Origin: Bdellovibrionales bacterium
Lineage (GTDB): Bacteria; Bdellovibrionota; Bdellovibrionia; Bdellovibrionales; UBA1609
Direction of reading: 5' to 3'
Assembly: GCA_965200875.1 (NCBI GenBank)
Contig: OZ241456.1
Coordinates: 1,561,774 to 1,625,773 of the forward strand
DNA length: 64,000 bases
Shown: positions 45,551 through 53,587 of the stretch, one piece after another
Numbering within the stretch: the first letter of the stretch is position 1
Layout of the letters: each line of letters begins with the position of its first letter
Position numbers and translations under genes: made by a program
Notes under the pieces: model-generated
Seen by the model: the letters and a program-made list of their open reading frames with translations, nothing else
What the model was told of the DNA's origin: nothing
Databases searched by the model: none

Positions 45551-46333
45551 ATGGCACAAGCAAACAACAAATCTTGGAAAAAAATATTCAATAAATACAA
45601 CATTCACAAACATTCTTTTGATAAAGCACCCTTTCCTATTTCAGCGGAACAAATTAAAAAAGCCTGTCAGGAGTTCGAAAAAACCGTAGCAAAAGAAGTT
45701 CGTATACTTTGTACACAAACCTGCCAAGAAGATCGCCCTGATATTTTTAAAGAAAAAGGACTTTTTTTATTACCTGTTAAAAACGGCCAATATAATATCA
45801 TAAAAGGTGAGGGTTATATTGATATTCCAGCTATTATGGCTACTAAAGATTACACATCAAAATTGGATTTTGAGTTGGATACAGCAAAAGTTGGTCAATC
45901 AGAGATGCAACATCTTGACTATGCTTATGCTTCAAGCCTTATAAAAACATTCATAGGAGATGAAAACCTTGTTTTAACCATTCGAGGCAGGAAATATACA
46001 GAAAGGCCGTTTGAATTTTTTGTTAACAAACACCGGATCCAAGTCTGTGGAGTACAGACGGAAGTGGATGCTGGTTATGAAGGGAGAAATACTGTTGTTT
46101 TAGTGGAAGCGAAAAACAGACAAACGGACAATGTGATTATCAGACAACTTTATTATCCTTTTAGAAAGTGGCAACAAGAAACCAATAAAAAAGTCATAAA
46201 TTTATTTTTTCAGAAAGATTCTAAAACTGGTGTTTTCTCTATTTGGCAATTTGGATTTGATTGCAAAGAAAACTATAACAGTATAAAACTGGAAAAATCA
46301 GAAAAATTTAATATTTATAATGCAAATAAATAG
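45551..46333 (+). CDS. Putative Type II restriction endonuclease (PD-(D/E)XK)
   Basis: Starts 6 nt after the methyltransferase stop. Candidate catalytic motif VDAGYEGRNTVVLVEAK (D...E-x-K). Confidence 0.6.
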   Translation: MAQANNKSWKKIFNKYNIHKHSFDKAPFPISAEQIKKACQEFEKTVAKEVRILCTQTCQEDRPDIFKEKGLFLLPVKNGQYNIIKGEGYIDIPAIMATKDYTSKLDFELDTAKVGQSEMQHLDYAYASSLIKTFIGDENLVLTIRGRKYTERPFEFFVNKHRIQVCGVQTEVDAGYEGRNTVVLVEAKNRQTDNVIIRQLYYPFRKWQQETNKKVINLFFQKDSKTGVFSIWQFGFDCKENYNSIKLEKSEKFNIYNANK

Positions 46334-46362
46334 GTGAAAGGAGGGGTTTCACGCTCGACAAA

Positions 46363-47385
46363 TTAGAGCTTTAAGCTTTCCTGTAGCTCTTTAATTTTCT
46401 CTGCTGATACACCAGTGATTTCAATGATATCAGAAATCTGCATATTTTTTTGGAGCATATTCAAAGCTATTTGTTCCATGCCTGTCTTCAAACCTTTCTC
46501 CATGCCTGTCTTCAAACCTTTCTCCATGCCTGTCTTCAAACCTTTCTCCATGCCTGTCTTCAAACCTTTCTCCATGCCTTTGTTAAAAGCATAAGCTTTC
46601 TCTGCACGCTGATCTCTTAAAAACTTCTCTCGTGCTTCCTCTTCTCGGCGCAAATCCTCATCCTGGGACAAATCTTTTAAATGTTCCATTGCTCTTCTCA
46701 TCTCTTCCCCCTTACTCGTTGATAATATATCCCACTCTCTTTTTCCTATGTGGCAGGACTCTTTTAAAAGATAGCACCATAAGTCCCGCAAATCAACTAT
46801 CTCCTTCAGACTCTCTGGCCTCGCTCTCATAAACTTACTTAATTCCACAAACACTATCTTTTCATCATCGATCAAGGAAGAATGTGGATCTTTATCCGAT
46901 CGCAAAGAAAAGGAATTGATAAAATCTCTATACTTTTTTACCGGAAGAACATCAAAGTCTGTGAAAACCAAAGAATATGCAGGGCAAATACTGCTGTAAT
47001 CTGCTGACTTCTTTAAACTCTCCGTGTAAAGTCTAGACCAATAAAAAAGCACTCTTTTCAAAAAACCTATTTTTAAGACAGACTGTATTTCCACATTCAC
47101 AGTTTCTCCGGTACTGAGTCTTATTCTCAAATCCAGAACAATTTGCTTGTTGTCTGCCAAAGAGGGATAAAGGGAGCTATCTAAGAGAGTTAATGTTTCT
47201 TCATCAACAAGGGAATCCAATGCTTTTTTATCTCCTATAAAGGATATATCTTGCACTTTTTGATTGGGATGAAGGGGTAAAAAGGCATTTAAAAGAGATT
47301 TCAGGACTTCTTTGTTTTTGGAGAAATAGGTCTTGAACATGAGGTCCTGGCTTAAGTTTAGAAATTTGCTACGATTTGTTTTCAT
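46363..47385 (-). CDS. Rpn family / PD-(D/E)XK nuclease family transposase-like protein (PDDEXK_2 / TIGR01784-like)
   Basis: VLDLRIRL...TVNVEIQS core (D...E-I-Q), a C-terminal (GMEKGLKT)x4 repeat, and an HTH-like ITGVSAEKIKEL tail. Confidence 0.7.
   Translation of the reverse strand: MKTNRSKFLNLSQDLMFKTYFSKNKEVLKSLLNAFLPLHPNQKVQDISFIGDKKALDSLVDEETLTLLDSSLYPSLADNKQIVLDLRIRLSTGETVNVEIQSVLKIGFLKRVLFYWSRLYTESLKKSADYSSICPAYSLVFTDFDVLPVKKYRDFINSFSLRSDKDPHSSLIDDEKIVFVELSKFMRARPESLKEIVDLRDLWCYLLKESCHIGKREWDILSTSKGEEMRRAMEHLKDLSQDEDLRREEEAREKFLRDQRAEKAYAFNKGMEKGLKTGMEKGLKTGMEKGLKTGMEKGLKTGMEQIALNMLQKNMQISDIIEITGVSAEKIKELQESLKL
46477..46581. repeat. Coding tandem repeat, 4 perfect copies of a 24-nt unit plus a partial fifth
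   Basis: CATGCCTGTCTTCAAACCTTTCTC at 46477, 46501, 46525 and 46549, then CATGCCTTT. Confidence 0.95.
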
Positions 47386-47604
47386 GTGTAAAGCTCCTTT
47401 AAAAAAAGTGGTTTATTGTTAATAAATAGTTTATGCAAAATCCGTGCCAAACTGATTTCAGCTGACATTTTTCCTGTAAAAATAGTCCTTGCAAAATCCG
47501 TGCCAAAATGATCTCAGCGGATAGTATGGATTATGAATAAGAGGGTTTGATATTGCCAAACACGATTTTTACGGGAGATTTGGCAAACGTATTATCTTAA
47601 GAGG

Positions 47605-47932
47605 CCCGTGAAAAAGAGTGTTTATATGTACAGCTTATTTGCTCATACCTCACCGCTCGGTCTCAAACATGCGTTTTGCCACACACGCGTCTTTCAGTCG
47701 CGGTGTGCTCAAAGCCGAACTCGCCTCGCGTTGGGTATGAGCAATAAGTTTTTTACATTTTTCCGGCAAACAAAGTGTTTCGTTATAAAACTTTGCAAGT
47801 ATTTTCCGAACTAACAAGTGGCTCGTAAAAAAGCCAAGTTGTTGGTTTTTCAGTCCCGTGAAAACGGGAATTTTGTTGAGTTTTAGGCAAATGTTCCATC
47901 CATTTTCCTTAAAAAAATGTACTTTTTCACGC
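47605..47932. repeat. Composite repeat: family B (long variant with a 27-nt insert) fused to a family-A half copy
   Basis: CCCGTGAAAAAGAGTGTTTATATGTACAGCTTATTTGCTCATACC..., then GGGTATGAGCAATAAG ... AAGCCAAGTTGTTGGTTTTTCAGTCCCGTGAAAACGGG ... CTTTTTCAC. Confidence 0.85.
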
Positions 47933-48448
47933 CTGATTAAAAAGTGATCATAATGTGTTAAAAACTTTTTCACAGGGGATTATCTTAGAGAGTGTAAAAT
48001 TTACATACATTCATATTTATTTCTATAAAGCCGTTTTTTTTAAGGGCAGGGTCTTGTCATTGATTCCAGTTTTGTATTATAAAAGTGTAATAGTATTTTC
48101 TTGAAAAACATTTGTTTGGGATATCCACAGGTTGTTATGGTTCAAACAGCATCATAACTACAGGAGCTTGCTTTTATACTTTGGGTTCAAAATTGTAGGA
48201 TATATCACAATAAATGTTGTGGGTTTACTGAAGCTTTTAAAGTATAAAAAGTGTAGAGTATAAAGAACTACAACAGTATGGAAAACAAGCAACATAAGAA
48301 TTTTTGAATGAAAGCTGGGAAACAGCAAGAAACATAAACAAGCAATATGAAGTTTAAAAAACAGCAAAAAAAATGAAAGCTGAAAAAACAGCAAAAAAAT
48401 AAAAAACAGGAACAAAACAAATAAAAAATCTATAAGGAGGAAACAAAG

Positions 48449-49408
48449 ATGAGAACAGGAAACAATGTGTATGTAAATGATTGTACAATTTCAAGTGCTG
48501 GTAAAAGAGCGCGTTGCTTTGGAGATACTCACTTAATTGGTCGGTCTTTTTCCCACCTGATTGTTAAAAATCTTTTGAAAACTGTTGGTTTGTCTTTTTC
48601 GTTGGTGCTTTTTTCCTTAAGTGTTTTCGCTGAGATAAATTTTTTTGCCTGTAATGATATAACTCAGCAAAGCTATAACGAATATAAACTTGTTTATGAA
48701 AATGATCCGGGAAATGTGAGGAAAATTTACAACATGAGTATAGAGGCAATTTGTTTGGGAAAAATGGATGAGGGGATGACTTTGTTGGAACGATCTTCTG
48801 ATGGAGGACATGTGGAAGGTTCTTTCTATATGGCTGTTTATTATAAAACAGATAAGACTTTTGATACTAACAGAGGAACAACCAGAGATCCGGAAAATTT
48901 TAATGCTTCTTTATTTTACTACAAAAGGGCAGTAGCTCAGATTGAAGAAAATCCCAACTATCCTGAAGATACTTACAGCAATATACCTTGGTTGGAAGAA
49001 CATAACCAAACCAGTGTGGAGGTGTTTACAATGATACCTATGATGTATTATAGAGGGTATATTAACGCTGTTAATGATATGCTTAACAATGTGGATAGAG
49101 TAGTGTATATAGACACTTTGGAAGCTTTGGAAAAAATGAAACAAACCAGTGAACAATGCCTTGAGCGACCTTCTCTTCCGGTATGGAAAGAGAAACAAGA
49201 GCACGCCTATAAAGTGATGCAGGTGCATTGTCAGGCCATGCGGGATTTTTCTATACATGTTTATCCCTTGGAGCAGAAGAGAATAAGAATAGCTGAAGAG
49301 TGTGTTGGTTCTTTAAAGGATTGCTCTGAACATGGTAATATTTTAAATAATGAAATTGCTCCTTTAATGGAAAATATGATGGCAAGATTACATTCTGTTT
49401 CTCTTTAG
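48449..49408 (+). CDS. Hypothetical secreted or membrane-anchored protein
   Basis: Strong AAGGAGG RBS and a hydrophobic signal-like segment GLSFSLVLFSLSVFA. No confident family, though it may contain Sel1/TPR-like helices. Confidence 0.45.
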   Translation: MRTGNNVYVNDCTISSAGKRARCFGDTHLIGRSFSHLIVKNLLKTVGLSFSLVLFSLSVFAEINFFACNDITQQSYNEYKLVYENDPGNVRKIYNMSIEAICLGKMDEGMTLLERSSDGGHVEGSFYMAVYYKTDKTFDTNRGTTRDPENFNASLFYYKRAVAQIEENPNYPEDTYSNIPWLEEHNQTSVEVFTMIPMMYYRGYINAVNDMLNNVDRVVYIDTLEALEKMKQTSEQCLERPSLPVWKEKQEHAYKVMQVHCQAMRDFSIHVYPLEQKRIRIAEECVGSLKDCSEHGNILNNEIAPLMENMMARLHSVSL

Positions 49409-49446
49409 AATGTACAAAAAATAGATTTTAGCCACTTTACACAGCA

Positions 49447-49905
49447 GACGGAGCTTAAAGACGCGTGCGCGAAAAAGTGCATGTTTGATTATTCCAAACG
49501 GGGAAGTATTAGTAAGAGCACTTATCCACTAAACGGACTTATTCAAGATCGACTATTGAGTCACCTGTGAAAAAGTATGTTATTTTTTTCTGGATTTCCG
49601 TTTTCACGGGACTGAAAAGGATTTTTCACGGCTGAATAAATAATAAAGCATTGTTATTACTTGATTTTTTTTATAAAAGGTTCGGAAAAAATTGCAAGGT
49701 CTTACAATACAACCTTTATTTTCTTGCAAAAAGTATCAGTGAAAAAGATTTTACCAATACCCATTGCGAGGTGAGTTCGGCTTTGAACACGTCGCGACTG
49801 AAAGACGCGCGCGTGGCAAAACGCCTGTTTGAGCCCGAGCGGTGAAGTATTGGTAAGAGCATACTCTCACTAAACAGATTTATTCAAACCCAACTATTTA
49901 GGCCG
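49447..49905. repeat. Cluster of three repeat copies: B fragment, A fragment, then a full inverted B
   Basis: 49447-49550 is a B right half, 49564-49633 is an A copy lacking the large hairpin, and 49640-49870 is the long variant of B in inverted orientation with stem TACCAATAC/GTATTGGTA. Confidence 0.85.
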
Positions 49906-50014
49906 GCTAAAGTTTTGGGACGCTTTGTCTGATGGTTTTTTACAAAAAAACTTTTAAGAAAAAAGTATTTTAACCGATAATATTGCTAAACCTGCTTTTA
50001 ATGGGAGGCTGGAT

Positions 50015-50767
50015 ATGCGTATTATCTTTTTTATGCTTTATTTTCTAAGTGTTTCATATACAGAAAATAGTAGTAGTTCTTGGGATAGTGTTGCAGACCA
50101 AGAAAAACCAAAGGAAAATACCCGAGACCGTAATACTTGTGAACAGAAAGAAGACAATTTAGAATTGAAACATAATAATACGCCCGTGCCTCTTAATTGC
50201 AGTTGTAAGTCGAAAGGTAATAACGAAACACTGGTTGAACAATGTTTCAACACATATATTTGCAAGGAAAAGTGTAAAGATTATATCAGCGATAATGCAA
50301 ACTTTTGTGATAACATTCCCAACAACAGGAACAATGAGAATGCTCTTTGCCAAAGAAGCTGTAATGAAGATCCTCCTAACTTCATGACACCATCTTCCGC
50401 AGTTTCCCAGGCTGTAAATAACTGTGATCAGAAAAATAGAAGAAAGCTACAAGACCAGTTAGTTGAAAACTGTCGGAGTAGAATAAACAACATTGAAAGA
50501 TCGCCACCTCATACTGGTGCGACATTGGTGTGTCCGGGTAGAGCCGGCTGTGAAAGGTATTGCCAAAGCAAGGCTCAGGAACAAATCAATGGTATGCGAA
50601 GCAATTGCGAAGTGAAAACTAAAGGTGGTTTCAGGCTGTGTGAGTACAATTTGAATAATCGGTTACGCCATGTTCTTCTACAAAATTCTGGCCAATTACC
50701 TCAGGTTTTCACGGGACTAAAAGCCAACAACTTGGCTTTCAGTTTCCAAGAGAGACCTTTCACATAA
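50015..50767 (+). CDS. Cysteine-rich secreted protein, unknown function
   Basis: GGGAGG RBS, a signal-like N-terminus, and many Cys residues scattered through the mature part (I did not make an exact count). The last ~21 codons are encoded by a family-A repeat. Confidence 0.45.
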   Translation: MRIIFFMLYFLSVSYTENSSSSWDSVADQEKPKENTRDRNTCEQKEDNLELKHNNTPVPLNCSCKSKGNNETLVEQCFNTYICKEKCKDYISDNANFCDNIPNNRNNENALCQRSCNEDPPNFMTPSSAVSQAVNNCDQKNRRKLQDQLVENCRSRINNIERSPPHTGATLVCPGRAGCERYCQSKAQEQINGMRSNCEVKTKGGFRLCEYNLNNRLRHVLLQNSGQLPQVFTGLKANNLAFSFQERPFT

Positions 50768-50840
50768 ACAGATAAATCACTCACTTAAACAGAGGTTTTT
50801 CACGGCGGACTAAATAAGTAAAAAACTTATTGCTCATACC
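50705..50840. repeat. Family-A repeat in inverted orientation, followed by a family-B left-arm fragment
   Basis: TTTTCACGGGACTAAAAGCCAACAACTTGGCTTTCAGT ... GTTTTTCACGGCGGAC, then AAAAACTTATTGCTCATACC. Confidence 0.85.
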
Positions 50841-50954
50841 ATACCCGTTCTTCGATTGATTTTCAGGAGTTATGGTGTTATATTTTAAAGAAGTCAAACA
50901 GTATAAAAAAACAGCTATGGTGTATTTACATAAGTTTTCATTAGAGGAGCAATA

Positions 50955-51962
50955 GTGGAAAAAGTGTCTTTAAGTTTACAAAATTTGAAAAAAAAACTTT
51001 CCAATAAACAAATATCCCCTCTTTATTTTATTATAGGGCCGGAAGCTTTTTTAATGAAAGAAATCTTACAGGCAATAAAGTCTTGTGTGCTGTCTCCTGA
51101 AACAGCTGACTTTAACTGTGAAATTTTTAAAGCTGGTGAGGGAGAAATGGAGCGAATGCGTGAGGCCATGGAAACACTTCCTGTGTTTTCCGAAAGAAGA
51201 GTGATTGTCTGTGAATCAGCACACAAACTGAAAGAATCGGACTGGAAAATTCTTTTACCGATCGTGAAAGCACCAGTGGAAACCTGTGTGCTGATTTTTG
51301 TCTCTTCAGCACCGGATAAAAGAAAAAAAATAATCAAGGAGCTTATATCTTACTCTGAAATTTTGTCGGCTGAAACTCCCAAGGACAAAGAATGGATAAT
51401 GTGGCTTAAAGAGATGGGAAAAAAAGAAGGGCTTTCTTTTTCGGATTCAGCTATCGCACTTATTAAAGAATATGCTTGTTATGACTTAATGAATTTAGAC
51501 ACGGAAATTAAAAAACTGAAAAGGTTTCTGGGGTCAAAGAAACACATTTCTGAAAAGGATGTGTTGGCTGTTGTTCCTCGTGTTCGTCCTGAAAATATTT
51601 TTGCTCTGTCAGAAGCTATTGGTCAAAAGGATATGCCCTCCGCACTTATGTGTTTGGCACGGCTGTTGGAGGACAATCAAAATGAAGTGGGAGCTTTAGC
51701 TTTAATCAGTCGCCATATTCGTATATTGGCTCGTGTAAAAGAGGGGCTTAAAAAAGGCAACACAGAGAAGACGATTTGTCATAAAACCGGTGTGCCTTAT
51801 TTCTTTATTCAAAATTATATTCAGTCAGCTAACCTATGGACAGAGAAAAAAATTGTTTCCGCGCTTTCAGCACTGAAAGCCACAGATAAAGCCCTTAAGT
51901 CCTCACCTGTTTCTGCACATATATGGTTGGAAAATTTTATTATTAAAACCTGTTCTGCTTAA
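50955..51962 (+). CDS. holA: DNA polymerase III delta subunit
   Basis: 335 aa, HolA-like N-terminus (PLYFIIGPEAFL), overall delta-subunit layout, and a GTG start. Confidence 0.7.
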   Translation: MEKVSLSLQNLKKKLSNKQISPLYFIIGPEAFLMKEILQAIKSCVLSPETADFNCEIFKAGEGEMERMREAMETLPVFSERRVIVCESAHKLKESDWKILLPIVKAPVETCVLIFVSSAPDKRKKIIKELISYSEILSAETPKDKEWIMWLKEMGKKEGLSFSDSAIALIKEYACYDLMNLDTEIKKLKRFLGSKKHISEKDVLAVVPRVRPENIFALSEAIGQKDMPSALMCLARLLEDNQNEVGALALISRHIRILARVKEGLKKGNTEKTICHKTGVPYFFIQNYIQSANLWTEKKIVSALSALKATDKALKSSPVSAHIWLENFIIKTCSA

Positions 51963-52033
51963 AAAATATGGATGAAAAACCCTAAAAAATGTGTTAAAAT
52001 CTATTTTATAGACTTTTTTGTTATTATATAGTG

Positions 52034-52088
52034 GTCTGTGAAAAAGTATGTGATTTCCCTGGATTCTCGTTTTCACGGGACTAAAAGA
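52034..52088. repeat. Family-A repeat, half copy upstream of metK
   Basis: GTCTGTGAAAAAGTATGTGATTTCCCTGGATTCTCGTTTTCACGGGACTAAAAG. Confidence 0.8.
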
Positions 52089-52176
52089 TTGACTGTGTTT
52101 TATTGTCTTGATAATAACTCTTTTTATCACCCTGATCTACAAATCCAGGCAGGGGTACTATGGCGAGGGTACTATA

Positions 52177-53322
52177 ATGAATAATTTTCTTTTTACGAGT
52201 GAATCTGTTTCAGAGGGCCACCCCGATAAAATTGCTGATCAAATCAGTGATGTTTTGTTGGACGCTTTTTTAAGGCAGGATCCTCAAAGCCGGGTGGCTT
52301 GTGAAGTGATGTTAACAAGAGGACTGGTTGTTGTGGGTGGAGAGATTACCACCAGTGGATATGTGGATATTCAAAATGAAGTCAGACAGGTTATCCGAAA
52401 AATTGGGTATGATCACGGAGACAAGGGTTTTGACTATAAATCCTGTTCTGTTTTAACAGCTATTGATTCTCAAAGCCAGGATATTGCCCGCGGAATTGGC
52501 CAGGGAGAATCACAAGGAGCTGGCGATCAAGGTTTGGTATTTGGTTATGCCGTGGATGAAACAGAAGAATATATGCCTTTAAGTATTTCTCTTTCTCATA
52601 AATTAATGAGAGTTTTGGCGGATTTCAGAAAAAAAGAAGAAAGACATATATGGCCGGACAGTAAAAGTCAAGTGACAGTGGAATACAGAAACGGAAAGAC
52701 AGCTCATATTCCTTCTGTGGTGCTTTCCACTCAACATGCTCCTGATATTAAAATAGAGGATTTAAGAGAGTTTATTATTGAAGAAGTTATCAAAAAAGTA
52801 ATACCGGAGAAATATTTAAAAGAGAAACATAAATTTTACATTAATCCCACAGGGCGTTTTGTAATCGGAGGCCCTTCAGGAGATTGTGGTTTGACCGGAA
52901 GGAAAATCATCGTAGATACTTATGGAGGACATGGTGCTCATGGAGGTGGCAGTTTTTCCGGAAAAGATCCTTCAAAAGTGGACCGCTCAGGAGCTTATGC
53001 CGCCCGCCATATCGCCAGAAACATTGTGTCTGCCGGGTTGGCTCGAAAATGTCTTGTTCAAATAGCTTATGCCATTGGTGTGGCCAAACCGGTGAGTCTT
53101 TCCATTCAGGCTTATGGCACCTTAAAAGTACCTGAAGAAAAACTGACAAAAGTGGTGCAAAAGCTCTGGGATCTGAGGCCATCGGCAATAATTACTCAAT
53201 TTGATTTATTAAAGCCTATATACTCTAACACAGCGGTTTATGGGCATTTTGGAAGAAAAGAATTGGGCTTTACCTGGGAAAAATCAGATAAAGTGGAAGA
53301 ACTGAAGTCTGAATTTCCTTAA
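52177..53322 (+). CDS. metK: S-adenosylmethionine synthase
   Basis: [26 protein letters not shown], and [16 protein letters not shown] motifs. Start moved to the ATG at 52177. Confidence 0.95.
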   Translation: MNNFLFTSESVSEGHPDKIADQISDVLLDAFLRQDPQSRVACEVMLTRGLVVVGGEITTSGYVDIQNEVRQVIRKIGYDHGDKGFDYKSCSVLTAIDSQSQDIARGIGQGESQGAGDQGLVFGYAVDETEEYMPLSISLSHKLMRVLADFRKKEERHIWPDSKSQVTVEYRNGKTAHIPSVVLSTQHAPDIKIEDLREFIIEEVIKKVIPEKYLKEKHKFYINPTGRFVIGGPSGDCGLTGRKIIVDTYGGHGAHGGGSFSGKDPSKVDRSGAYAARHIARNIVSAGLARKCLVQIAYAIGVAKPVSLSIQAYGTLKVPEEKLTKVVQKLWDLRPSAIITQFDLLKPIYSNTAVYGHFGRKELGFTWEKSDKVEELKSEFP

Positions 53323-53371
53323 AACAGTTTAACCAGCTTTGCCTCTGGTGGCTACATTATATAAGTAAACC

Positions 53372-53587
53372 ATGAAGACCAAAAGAAAAATAACCACCAC
53401 TGTTTATCTTACAGAAGAGCAAAACACTTTGCTTAAAGAGCTTAGGCAACGATCCAAAGTGCCTGTTGCTGAGTATGTTCGGCAAGGAGTGGATTTGATA
53501 CTGCATAAAAACGCCCACCTTATACCTGGTCAGCTTTCTTTTACTTTGGATAAAAAAAATGAAAAACCGGGTCGTGGACACAAATGA
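53372..53587 (+). CDS. Ribbon-helix-helix (CopG/Arc-like) small protein
   Basis: ITTTVYLTEEQNTLLKEL...VPVAEYVRQGVDLIL fits the RHH beta-alpha-alpha pattern. Its stop overlaps the lepA ATG (ATGA). Confidence 0.5.
   Translation: MKTKRKITTTVYLTEEQNTLLKELRQRSKVPVAEYVRQGVDLILHKNAHLIPGQLSFTLDKKNEKPGRGHK

Noticed and set aside
39013-47385. Interpreting the Rpn genes as boundaries of a composite transposon
   Set aside because: The two genes belong to different subfamilies and share no terminal inverted repeats or target-site duplications that I could find. Rpn proteins are not established autonomous transposases.
47608-47973. ORFs of 68 aa (47608-47814, +) and 107 aa (47650-47973, -), plus a similar 64-aa ORF at 49651-49845. 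Their products share a C-terminal ...SSAL.T.RLKDA.VAKR.FE.ER
   Set aside because: They lie entirely inside family-A/B repeat copies. The protein similarity simply mirrors DNA repeat homology in opposite orientations. Substitutions preserve DNA/RNA stem pairing rather than codons, and no RBS is evident.
52089-52176. SAM riboswitch upstream of metK
   Set aside because: I could not recognise SAM-I, SAM-II or SAM-V consensus elements by eye. Much of the upstream region is a family-A repeat half copy. A covariance-model scan is needed to exclude it formally.
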